Assembly (NCBI GenBank): GCA_951406725.2
Contig: OX597829.1
Coordinates: 56,606,001-56,670,000, forward strand
Length of the DNA stretch: 64,000 bases
Direction of reading: 5' to 3'
Source: Octopus vulgaris
Taxonomy: Eukaryota
Each line of letters begins with the position of its first letter. Within the stretch, counting starts at the first letter, position 1. This document shows positions 50,588-61,572 of the stretch, piece by piece. The translations under genes and the position numbers were made by a program. The notes under the pieces were generated by a model. It did not search any database and was not told the DNA's origin. It was given only the letters and a program-made list of their open reading frames with translations.

Positions 50588-50755
50588 ACAATGGGCTTAA
50601 ATCTTTGTATTACATAGCGTCGGTTAAAATCTGTAAACATACTCAACACATTTATTTACATATATATTACAAAACATGTGCATTATAAGCACTTACAAAA
50701 ATATAGACAATTGCCATTTGGCTTACAAAGGACTGTTTGCATGGTTTCACTTCAA

Positions 50756-50976
50756 CCCTTTCGTTACCTTATTCATTTTGAGATGCTTTGTGTTTCTTTT
50801 AATTACTTTAAATATAACGAAGAATTTAGTAAAATAACTAAGTTATCATTAAGCTAGTGTTAGGCACATAGATTGTGACTAAAGTTTAGTGGAAGATTTT
50901 AATTCAGAACTTTTGCAAACAAGCTATTTGTACTACAGAGTCAGAGGTGGTTTCAGCCAGGTTGGTAACGAAAGGG
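50756..50976. mobile_element. piggyBac-type MITE
   Basis: Perfect 13-bp TIR ccctttcgttacc / ggtaacgaaaggg; TCAA/TTAA flanks. Confidence 0.85.
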
Positions 50977-51007
50977 TTAAGGATTGTTTCTCCATTATAT
51001 ATTTTAA

Positions 51008-51606
51008 CCCTTTTGTTACCATATTTCTGTTGAGATGCTGTGTTTCTTTCAATTAATTTTAAAGATAACAAAGAATTTAGTAAAATAACTCAATTATCAT
51101 TCAGGTAGTGTTAGGAGGCGCAATGGCCCAGTGGTTAGGACAGCGGACTCGCGGTCATAGGATCGCAGTTTCGATTCCCAGACCGGGCGTTGAGTGTTTA
51201 TTGAGCGAAAACACCTAAAAGCTCCACGAGGCTCCGGCAGGGATTTGTGGTGATCCCTGCTGTACTCTTTCACCACAACTTTCTCTCACTCTTACTTCCT
51301 GTTTCTGTAGTACCTGTATTTCAAAGGGCCGGCCTTGTCACTCTCTGTGTCACGCTGAATACCCCGAGAACTACGTTAAGGGTACACGTGTCTGCGGAGT
51401 GCTCAGCCACTTACACGTTAATTTCACGAGCAGGCTGTTCCGTTGATTCGGATCAACCGGAACCCTCGTCGTCGTAACCGACGGAATGCTTCCAAAGTGT
51501 TAGGAACATAAATTGTGACTGAGGTTTGGTGGAAGATTTTAATTCAGAACTTTTGCAAACAAGGCATTTGTACTACAGAGCCAGAGGCAGGTTGGTAGCA
51601 AAAGGG
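51008..51606. mobile_element. Second copy of the same MITE, interrupted by a SINE
   Basis: ttaa-cccttttgttacc ... ggtagcaaaaggg-ttaa; body homologous to 50756-50976. Confidence 0.85.
51117..51495 (+). mobile_element. Complete family B tRNA-derived SINE (tail type 2) with TSD
   Basis: A box tggcccagtgg, B box gtttcgattcc; agtgttagga duplicated at 51107-51116 and 51496-51505. Confidence 0.92.
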
Positions 51607-52194
51607 TTAACATGGTTTTACTTTGGGGCAATACCCTTTCATATATATATATATATATATAAATAAATGGTACCTTTTCTACTATAGCTTCGGGTTGTGT
51701 GTGTACATGCATATTTCCCCCAATAATAATGTAATAATATTAAATATATCTCTCTCATCTTACAGGACCCATTGAATTAATTTCCCATGCTAACTGAAGA
51801 ACAGCTGAATATGTACACTTATATACATATATGCAAAAACATTTATGCTGATATGCATGGCTGACATCCACAAGTTCATGTTACAATGTATAACAATGCA
51901 ATACATTTGTACAGATATACAAACATATTCATACACATGTACATTCAAATACACAAATATGCATTAGCAAACATACAAATGCATTCATAAAAACAGTAAG
52001 CAACACTAACATGGTGTACAGCAAAGTGCATTATTTAATCACACAAGTTATACCATTTAACTTGGATAGTGAAGATAGATTTTGGCCAATAAGGGCCAAA
52101 ATCTGTCTAACTTAGTAACACCACTTTGAATAGACTTTCTTTTAAGTTATGTTTTAAAAACATAACCCATCCATGTATGGAATTGTTTGTTAGA

Positions 52195-52475
52195 TATAGT
52201 AGAAGACACTTGCCCAAAGTACCATCCGATGGAAGTGAACCTGGAACCATGTGGTTGGGAATCAAGCTTCTTACCACACAGCCACGCCTATTCATTTACT
52301 TGTTTCAGTCATTTGACTGCGGCCATGTCAAACAAATTGACCCCAGGACTTATTTTTTGTAAGCCTAGTACATATTCTAACAGTATCTTTTGCCGAACTT
52401 CTAAGTTACAAGGATGTAAACACACCAACCAGTTGTCAAGCAGTGGTGGGGAACAAGCACAGACACACACACATG
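52195..52475 (-). mobile_element. Family A SINE pieces
   Basis: Reverse complement of SINE head (52195-52290) and tail (52297-52475). Confidence 0.75.
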
Positions 52476-52494
52476 TATACATACACACATACAC

Positions 52495-53410
52495 ATAAAA
52501 GGTGCAGCAATATCAAAGGAAGGTTAACTGGGAAAATAGTTTTTGTGTGTGGCAGATGCAGTGGGGCAATAAACACTGAAGATGTACAGAAAGCAGATTC
52601 CATCACATACCAGGGTGTGAAACTAGAATTAGTTAATAGCTTCTGCTACCTAGGTGACCAAGTCTGTAGCCAGGGTGGTTGCTCTGAGAGTGTAGCGATT
52701 AGAGTAAGAATAGCCAGGACTAAAGGCTTCTTGTTCAGGGTGAAAGGTAGACTGTATAATGCATGTGTGCAAACTGCCATGCTACACGACAAGTGAAACA
52801 TGGGCCATGAATGCTGAGGACATGTGTAAGCTTGAAAGAAATGAAGCTAGTATGATTCACTTGATGTGTAATGTCAGTGTCCATGCACGAAAAAGTGTAA
52901 GCACCCTGAGAGAAAAATTGGGTATAAGAAACATTAAATGTGTTGTGCAAGAGAGGCGACTGCACTGGTATGGTCATGTGTTACATATGGATGAGGACAG
53001 CTGTGTGAGGAAGTGCTACTCCCTAACTGTGAAAGAATTAGACCAAGGAAGACATGGAATGAGGCAGTGAAGCATGACCTTCAAACATTGGGCCTCATAA
53101 AGGCAATGACAGGAAACCGGGACCTTTGGAGATACACTGTGATTGAGTAAAAAGTACCATCCAAATGTGGTTGATGCCAGGTCCGTTTGACTGGCTCCTG
53201 TGCCAATGGTATGAAAAAGCACCATCTGAATATGATCGTTACCAGGCCCACCCTATTGGCACATAAAAAGCACCCACTACACCCTTGGAGAGGTTGACGT
53301 TAGGAAGGGCATCCAGCTGTAGAAACACTGCCAGATCAGACTGGAGGCTGGTGCTCAAACAGTCGAACCCATGCCAGCATGGAAAACGGACATTAATTGA
53401 TGATGATGAT
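52495..53410 (+). mobile_element. Older 5'-truncated RTE copy
   Basis: HKRCSNIKGRLTGKIVFVCGRC...FCYLGDQV...WYGHVLHMDEDSCVRKC; (GAT)n tail. Confidence 0.9.
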
Positions 53411-53444
53411 AATACATACATCCACATACATATATACATACATA

Positions 53445-53605
53445 CAACAGGCTTCTTTCAGTTTCTATCTACCAAATCCACTCACAAGGCTTTTGGTCAG
53501 CCCGAGGCTGTAGTTGACACACCCAAGGCGCCACACAGTGGGACTGAACCTAGAACCTAATTGTTGGAAAGCAAGTTTCTTACCACACAACCACTCCTGC
53601 ATCTA
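53445..53605 (-). mobile_element. Family A SINE 5' part
   Basis: ggcttctttcagttt...cttaccacacaaccactcctgc. Confidence 0.8.
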
Positions 53606-53652
53606 CACATAGATATTTATTTAAAAAATAAAAATGGTGAATAGATACTCAC

Positions 53653-53751
53653 ATATCTTTCTTCAAACGATTTTGCTAAAGCCACCAATCTTTCATTTTC
53701 ATTCTGATCTTCAAGATCAAAATCATTTGGGTCAGTATTTTTACAATCTCC
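53653..53751 (-). CDS. UBN1: Ubinuclein exon GDCKNTDPNDFDLEDQNENERLVALAKSFEERY (most 5' exon found)
   Basis: Resembles the UBN D.F..E.....V.ALA.KFEEKY motif preceding the HRD; CAG/GTGAGT; 99 nt. Confidence 0.92.
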
Positions 53752-54059
53752 CTGGAAAATGTACATTAAATGGAAATGTAAGTTTTTATTTTAAAATTTA
53801 TTAGAACATAAACAAACAAAAAAAAAACCGGAACAATAAATCCTATAAGCTTCACATATCTAATCTCATCTTTAAGAAATAAAGGTGGAAAACAATGTTG
53901 GAAAGAGTTTAAGTGAAAAACTTTAAAAAAGGATTATACAGAATAATTTTGTTCACAGAATCCCCCAAAAAGGAAGGAAATAATGAAAAATAAAAAAAGT
54001 CTCCAGAAAACTACAATAAACTGTGCATTCAATGATAACTGTCATATTTAATAATCTTT

Positions 54060-54245
54060 TCTGCCATAGACACAAGGCCTGAAATTTGGTGGGAGGGGGA
54101 TAGTTGATTACATCGACTCCAGTATTAATTAATCAACCCTGAAAGGATGAAAGGCAAAGTCAACCATGCCAGAATTTGAACCCAGAATGTAGCAACAGAC
54201 AAAATACCACCAAGCACTTTATCCGGCGTGCTAACGACTCTGTAT
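54060..54245 (-). mobile_element. Family C SINE
   Basis: gaaaggatgaaaggcaaagtcaacc...atttgaacccagaa, as in 18770-19013. Confidence 0.75.
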
Positions 54246-55294
54246 CAAACTCTCTCTTTAACAATCAAATACATGAAAGTAAAGAAATTTGCATCCGACT
54301 AGCTTCCTGAGAAGGCATATGAAAATAAAATCTGAATCTGGAGGGATTTGTGGTCACACCTGTATAATAAGCTTTAGCATTATTAGTGGTAATAATTATA
54401 CACAGATTCATTATACTCTTTGCCCAATGCCTGCAATTAGAAACTAGTTCAAAGTCATGATCCAGTAACGGAAGATTAGAATAAAGGATTTCATATGATT
54501 TTAAGGTATATAGTTGATGTGTACAAGTGTAGTTTTGCCACAAATACAATTTTTCAGTTTGGATTACAAGGTGTTTTTAGACATTGAAGACCCAACATAA
54601 ATAAAGATATATCAACTTTTACAGTTTTTATTCGCTATATTTTTTTGAAAATTTGACTTAAGCTTGTGCAAAAAAAGGTATTTTGGTTTCTATGTGAATT
54701 TAAAGAAATTAGTTACAAAGAAATAGTTTCAAAGAATAGGACAAGAGTTATGGGGAAACAACTCAGATTTTTAGAGTTAGGGGAAATTACAAGGTTAAAT
54801 GAAGACAAAAATGTAAAAATTTAGACCAAATGCAAACTAAAATATAAAGAGATAAAACACAATGTCCTCCGCCCCCTCAATTATAGATACACACACACAC
54901 ACATTTTTGTTTGTATTTATGTACAAATGTGTCAACAGCATTCTTGTTGAAGAATAATGAACTCTACAAAAAGAGTATCAGATAATTCTTCAGTTTATGT
55001 AAAATTGTTAGCTGCAGTTTTCAGGGAATGCACACCTGCCAGAACCTCATTTCTCAAGAAGAAAAATATTTAAAGCTTCCAAAAATTGTTTGACATTACT
55101 TGTGGGAGAATATGGTGCCAGTAAAAAGAAATTAAAGCTCCTACTCGTATATTCAACCAGAAAATCCATGGCTTTTCAAGGCTTACGCAAATTGATGACA
55201 AAGAGTCTTCACAAAGAGTGGTTTATGAACATTTTTTTAGTTTTTAATTAATTATATATATATAATTAAAAATACATATTAAGTATAGGATATC

Positions 55295-55393
55295 ACCAAC
55301 GAGTGAAAAAGAAAAGTAAACACACAGGACGAAACACCAAAGAAAGTCTAATTCCTCCTCAGTTGTCCACTGTTTATTACTACCGGTTTCGAG

Positions 55394-55435
<42 letters not shown>

Positions 55436-56110
55436 TCCTAGCAGGCTTTCGGCCCTATGGTACGGTGCACAAATGTATTCATAAGGTACGCATTGGAATT
55501 TATCCTTACAATAAAAGTTGTTAAAAAGGTATTTCAATATTTCATTAAAAAAATTTTTAAGTTTCACTTCACCAATCAAAAATTCTTGTAATCATAATAC
55601 ATGTAAGAGAATGGATGTTCCAATAGCAGATCGATGTGAAAATGTTTTGTGGATAAGATGAATTTTTGGCGACTGGAAATGCATCTTGGTGTAAACTGTG
55701 AGTTGGGCAACTGATGTAGCATTAGAAATTGCAGTTGTGTTGCGGTGACCTTTTGGTCTACGAGACATTTGGCTTCACTCTCTGGGACTATAGTCACCAG
55801 TTTATCTGGACGGATATATTTTTAGAGTCTATCAGTAGATAAGGCCATAGTCATAAAACACAATGTTCAATGAATTCAATGCATGGAAAGACAGGAAGAA
55901 ACGTATAAAAAGAATTTCTCCGCAACCCCCAGTGGGCGCTTTTCTATTAATGAAAATGGTCAAAACCCACTTCTCTGTAACAGGAAAAGGCTTGTCCTTC
56001 CCCAATTTCTGAAAAAAGGAGTATTGTTAGTATTGGAAGTGGTAGTTGTGGTGGAGATGTCTCTGTATTTGAGGTGTTAGTTGTATTGATTGGTGTTGGC
56101 AGTAGTTGTG
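55295..56110 (-). mobile_element. Possible decayed Penelope-like remnants
   Basis: 3' half of a hammerhead (cGAAACCGGTAg) near 55380-55391, same stem III as at 2066-2071; adjacent sequence is coding-like but degenerate. Confidence 0.4.
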
Positions 56111-56217
56111 GTGCTAGTATATAAATGTAATATATTGTAAAAGTATACATCTATGAGTTATACATTTAAAAATATAGGAAAGAATGTATGTATATGTAGG
56201 TATTAAAATGTTCATTT

Positions 56218-56564
56218 GGGGCCATATGTACACAACTGCGCCCCATAGAATTTGTTTTCTAACTTTCAGAAAATTAGATATTTTTAGATGAAATTTTATA
56301 CAAAAATGTTTCAGATGGTTTAGATTCCGATTATATTAGAATTTGTAGTGAAAAACATTTTCCACAAGTCGGGAAAGCAGTTTCAGATAATCCAGATGAT
56401 TTAGCTTTGATGGGAGCAAAAAAGGTTTTCACAACAAATTCCGATATAATTGGAGTCTACACCATTAGAAGCATATTTGTAAAAATATGTTATTTAGAAA
56501 TATTCATTTTCCCTAAAGTTATGAAGAAATAAATTTGGTGGGTCACTGTTGTGTATGAATGCCC
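56218..56564. mobile_element. Old palindromic MITE-like element
   Basis: Degenerate ~140-bp arms, e.g. attatattagaatttgtagtgaaaa versus ttttcacaacaaattccgatataat. Confidence 0.6.
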
Positions 56565-57469
56565 TATCTGTAAAAAAAAAAAACCCTTAGAGTGAAATAC
56601 AGAGTACATGGATTGCTAGAAGCAGGAGCCAATATACCACCAACTTGGCACCCACCATTCCATTTTCAGAAAGTGCAGTTATCTGCAGAATTGAAAGGAC
56701 ACAAAAAACCTAAAATATTATCAGTTGCTTTTTATAAGGATACAGGTGTGTGTGTGTGTGTGTGTGTGTGCACGTGTACACATACACATGCATACATAAA
56801 AACATCCTTATTATTGCTGTAACGTCTTTTTATGTTCTCTAAAGTTGGATGCACTTCCTAATACCAACTCTCATCTTTTCACAATAATCAGCCAAGAGTA
56901 TCAAACAAAAAACAGCTTGGTAGCGCTTTCGTAGAAACTATAAGCAAACAAAATTGCTTGTGGGAACAGCGAGGCATTTGTTTACAATAGGCATGCACCC
57001 AGACACCCTTTCATAATGTACTGTAAACAAATGACACCATTTGGGTAGATGTGTAGACAAGAGAGAATTATGTGTCCAGATACACACACATACACACACA
57101 CACGGTTCATCCTCATCAGCTTTAGTAAATAACATCAGCCCATAACAAACACACAGTGGGATCATACCAATAATGGGGTTCAAACTTCTTGACCACACTG
57201 CCCTACCTGCACGTGTAATGTTGTGCCTATGTACATATTAATTTCAAATTTTGGCGCAGACAGCAGGTTCAAGGGAAAGGGGGTAACCCGTATTCAACTA
57301 GTACTTTATCGACCCCAAAAGAGTGAAAAGCAAAGAATTACCTCAGTGGAATTTGAACATAAAGATGGACAAAATACATTTTGCCCAGCACACTAACGAT
57401 CCTGTCTAACGACATATAGACACACATATGCATAACATCATTTACTGTTTGTCTTCCATGCAGAATTAA

Positions 57470-58500
57470 ATTGTCATGGGATGATATATCTCAAACTGCA
57501 TGACCTTAGTATTAGGGGAATGGCTAAATCAGACAGCCTCACTCACCCAGCTACACTGATGATACAAAAACATCACAACCTAAATGATACTTCAAAACCA
57601 TAAAAAGATTCAAATACAATATACTAGTGGGTTGAGGAAAACAAGCAGTTCAATGCTGCCAAGTTCCAAGCACTCCGATATCAAACCACAAACAGAATAC
57701 AAAAGACAGAGGGTATTGCAATCCCAATGTCAAAATTGGTGTGTGACCTGGGACCCCACATGAGTAATGATGCATCATTCCTATGTGCATATTACTAAGA
57801 TGGTAATAATATGCTGGCAACTGACTGGTAGGATCCTGAGATCCTTCAGAACACAGAAAATGAAACCAAGTTGCCCCTATGGAGAACATCCATATTCTGA
57901 CACTTATGGCTACTGCTTCTAATTATGGTTGCCAAAAAGTATCCACTTAACAAAACTAGAGGCAAGCCAATGCCACTACAACAAGATTGCCTCAATGCAG
58001 CAGATGATGAACTGCTGAGAGAGGCTGAAAGAGCCAAGACTGTACTCTCCAGTGAGAAGACACAAAGGACATGCAATGGTGTGTGTGTGTGTGTGCGTGC
58101 GCGCACGCATGCAGGGAAGATCCTACAGAGTTTAGACCCCAACTTTGGTAAAGAATGCTATACCAAACTCTGGATTGAACTCCATTACACAGGACCAAAG
58201 ATCTCACCCTATTTATCTGCCTAAAGAGAGAGTAAGGACACAATACAGTAGTTACAGCTTACAGTTTAGAGGCCCACAACTTTTCGATACTTTGCCAAAA
58301 AGCACCAGAGATCTAGATGTAGATATTAAAGAATACTTAGACAAATTTTTTATCTTTTAGACCTAATGAACCCACAGCAAGAAATGCAAAGAGCGATTCT
58401 GTCCAACTTACTGATTTCAGAGACAAGGCAAGGAAAACAAACATTAACACTAATGGCAATTCCCCAGTGTGGCTACAACCTCAGGTTGAAACCAATGAAA
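57470..58500 (+). mobile_element. Old copy of the 4060-4985 CR1-type LINE 3' end
   Basis: gtattgcaatccca...gacctggg...atgagtaatgatgca and QFRGPQLFDTLP; 3' end ccccagtgtggctacaacctcaggttgaaac. Confidence 0.75.
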
Positions 58501-58575
58501 GAATATCATACACACACAGATGTTTTGATAATCTGTTCCATTTTGGAAACTAAGGATTAATTTCGGACTATAATA

Positions 58576-59798
58576 TCAGATCATTCCATAAGTTCTGTCC
58601 GATTTTACCTTTTTTTTAAAATTGAATGAAATTTAATAGTATTGTAGAATGTCTAATGCAATTAAAAATTATTTTTATCAATTTGTGTACATTTAAATTA
58701 AATATTATTTTACAGAATAATAGAATTAAAATTTCTTTGATTAAAACCCTTTCTAATATGGAAGTATCCAAAGAGTATTTAAGGCACACAATGCTTCATG
58801 AGTACAAAAAAGGAAACTCTGAGCCGAAGCAACTAGAAACATACACTCAGTTTATGGGAAAGAATGCTTGAATGAAAGAACTTGCTGAAGATGGTTTGCA
58901 AAATTCAGAAGTAGAGATTTCAGCCTTGAAGATGAAGATTGAACAGGACGTTCAGTTGAGTTTGATAAGCTCCTTGAGGCATTACTTGAAGAAAATCCTG
59001 CATTATCAGCTGGAGAATTGGCAATAAATCTTAGTTCAAAACCATACAACCATTCATAATCATCTTCAACAACTTGGAAAGTTTCCTAAACTTGGAAAAT
59101 GAATGCCTCATCAATTGTCTAAAAGCAACCACAAATCTCGAGTTGACATCTGCTCTTCTCTCCATTCTCACAAACTCATTTCACCCTTTTTGGATAGACT
59201 TGTGACTTCTATTGAAATGTTAAACGTCGTAAACAGAGGCTTGGTAAAAGGGAAAAAGCACAACCACAACCGAGAAGGGAACTTCATGGGAAAAAAGTTC
59301 TATCTGGTGAGATTGCAAAGGAGTAATTCACTCTGAATTGTTACCACCTAATGCAACAATCAATGCTCAAGTCTACTGTCAGCAGTTAGAGCGTTTGAAC
59401 AGGCTTTGAAGAAAAAAAGATCTGCTTTAGTGAATCGAAAAAAGTGATGTTTCATCAGGACAATGTGCGACTTCACAGAAGATCGAAAGGTTTGGTTGGG
59501 AAAAAATTCCTCATCCACCTTATTCTCCTGACCATGTTCCTTCAGACTACCATTTGTTTCGTAGTTTACAGAATCATTTGGAGGACATAACTTTTGCAAG
59601 CCAGGAGGAGGTCAAACTGACATTTCAAAGTTCTTCAATTTGAAGCCAAAAGAATTTTACATTGATAGAATTAAAAAGCTTGTAAATAGATGGAAGAAAG
59701 TCATAGATAATCAGGAAAAGTACATTGATGATTAAATTTCAATTAAATATAACATTTGATCACTTGTTTTCTTTATTCAAAATTCGGACAGAACCTGA
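58576..59798 (+). mobile_element. Second mariner, degenerate transposase
   Basis: TIR remnants gttctgtccgatttt / aaattcggacagaac; MEVSKEYLRHTMLHEYKKG from 58758; HQDN and PHPPYSPDHVPSDYHLFRSLQN motifs. Confidence 0.88.
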
Positions 59799-60067
59799 TA
59801 GTATTCTGCATTTTTCTTTTTTACAAAACAATATATTTTCATTATTATCAATATTCGAAATCAAATACATTCTCTTAGGACTAGATATGAATTTGAAACA
59901 ATTGCTTACTAACTACATGACTTTTGTTTGGTAACAGTGTAAGCCATCTTGGGAAAGTGTCTTCAACTACATACTATAGAGATGGATCAAATAAAGCCTT
60001 GAGTGGATTTAGTTGATGGTAACTAAAAGAGAACTGTGTATATGTGTGTATATACATACACTATATA

Positions 60068-60589
60068 TAGGTGCAGGCATGGCTGTGTGGTAAGAAACTT
60101 GCTTCCCAACCAATGATTCCGAGTTCAGTCCCACTGCATGGCATCTTGGGCAAGTGGCTTCTGCAATAGCCTCGGGCCAACTAAAGCTGTGCGAGTAGAT
60201 TTGATAGATGGAAACTGGAAGGAGCCCGCCATTATATATATATATCTATCGTATCAGGACTATCCCCCCTTGGTTAATTACCCCTTCTCCAATATATTAA
60301 GTTTTAAATCATCATCTGTTATCCTCAAGGGTAATTGTTCATGGAAGGTAAATGCCCTAGACTCATATGTATATATCTGTGTGTGTATGTGTCTGTGTTT
60401 GTCCCCCTGCTATTGCTCGACAACCAATGCTGGTGTGTTTATGTCCCCATAACAGTTCGGGAAAAGAGACCAAAAGAACAAGTACTAGGCATACAAAGAA
60501 TAAATCCAGAGGTCGATTTTTTCCTACTAGAAACCCTCTAAGGTGGTGCTCCAGCATGGCCACAATCAAATAACTGAAACAAGTACAAG

Positions 60590-60590
<1 letters not shown>
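60068..60590 (+). mobile_element. Family A SINE
   Basis: Head aggtgcaggcatggctgtgtggtaag; tail ggtgctccagcatggccacaatcaaataactgaaacaag. Confidence 0.85.
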
Positions 60591-60620
<30 letters not shown>

Positions 60621-60621
60621 T

Positions 60622-61202
60622 ATACTTGAAATGTTGAGAGGACATTTCCTGAGTGTTGAATGAATACCAGTTTATTTTTTTTTACCTTTCTGTGTTGTAT
60701 TTTTTGTAAGCTTTGCACAATATATATATATATATATCTCATCGTCTTCCATGCATATAACTTAATGGTTTGGCAAAAGAGGCCGATACAATGCATACCA
60801 GGCTTTAGAACAAAAATGGATGGGTCAGTTCATTTGACAAAAAAAATTCTTCAAAGTGATGCCCCAGCATGGACATGGTCTAATGACAGAAGCAAGTAAA
60901 AGATAAAAGGTGTGTGTGTGTGTGTATATATTTTACTTGCTTCTGTCATTAGACCATGTCCATGCTGGGGCATCACTTTGAAGAATTTTTTTTGTCAAAT
61001 GAACTGACCCATCCATTTTTGTTCTAAAGCCTGGTATGCATTGTATTGGCCTCTTTTGCCAAACCATTAAGTTATATGCATGGAAGACGATGAGATATAT
61101 ATATTGTGCAAAGCTTACAAAAAATACAACACAGAAAGGTAAAAAAAAATAAACTGGTATTCATTCAACACTCAGGAAATGTCCTCTCAACATTTCAAGT
61201 AT
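60622..61202. repeat. Near-perfect inverted repeat, arms 280/272 bp, 29-nt spacer
   Basis: 60622-60901 is the reverse complement of 60931-61202, apart from one substitution and an 8-nt (TA)n length difference. Confidence 0.95.
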
Positions 61203-61249
61203 TCACTATTCAGCTGATTATATATATCATGTATATTTATATATCTTAT

Positions 61250-61572
61250 TTTTTTACTTGTTTCAGTCATTAGACTGTGGACTTGCCGAGACACCGCCTT
61301 GAAGAATTTTTAGTTGAATGAATCAAACCCAGTACTTTTTTTTTTAAGCCTAATATTTATTCTATATTTATTCTTTGCTGAACCATTAAGTTACAGGGAT
61401 ACAAACACAGGTACAAGACCTTTCCCCAATATATATATATATATATATAGATAGCTTTCTTTCAGTTTCTGTCAACCAAATCCACTCACAACGCTTTGGT
61501 CAGCCTGAGAAGGTGCTATGCAATGGGACTGAACCCGGAACAATGTGGTTGGGAAGCAAGCTTCTTACCACA
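61250..61572 (-). mobile_element. Family A SINE
   Basis: Reverse complement of the tail (ttacttgtttcagtcatt) through the head (gcttcttaccaca). Confidence 0.8.

Noticed and set aside
51117-51190. tRNA gene
   Set aside because: A and B boxes are present but it is a SINE head: followed by a 300-bp body and flanked by a TSD.
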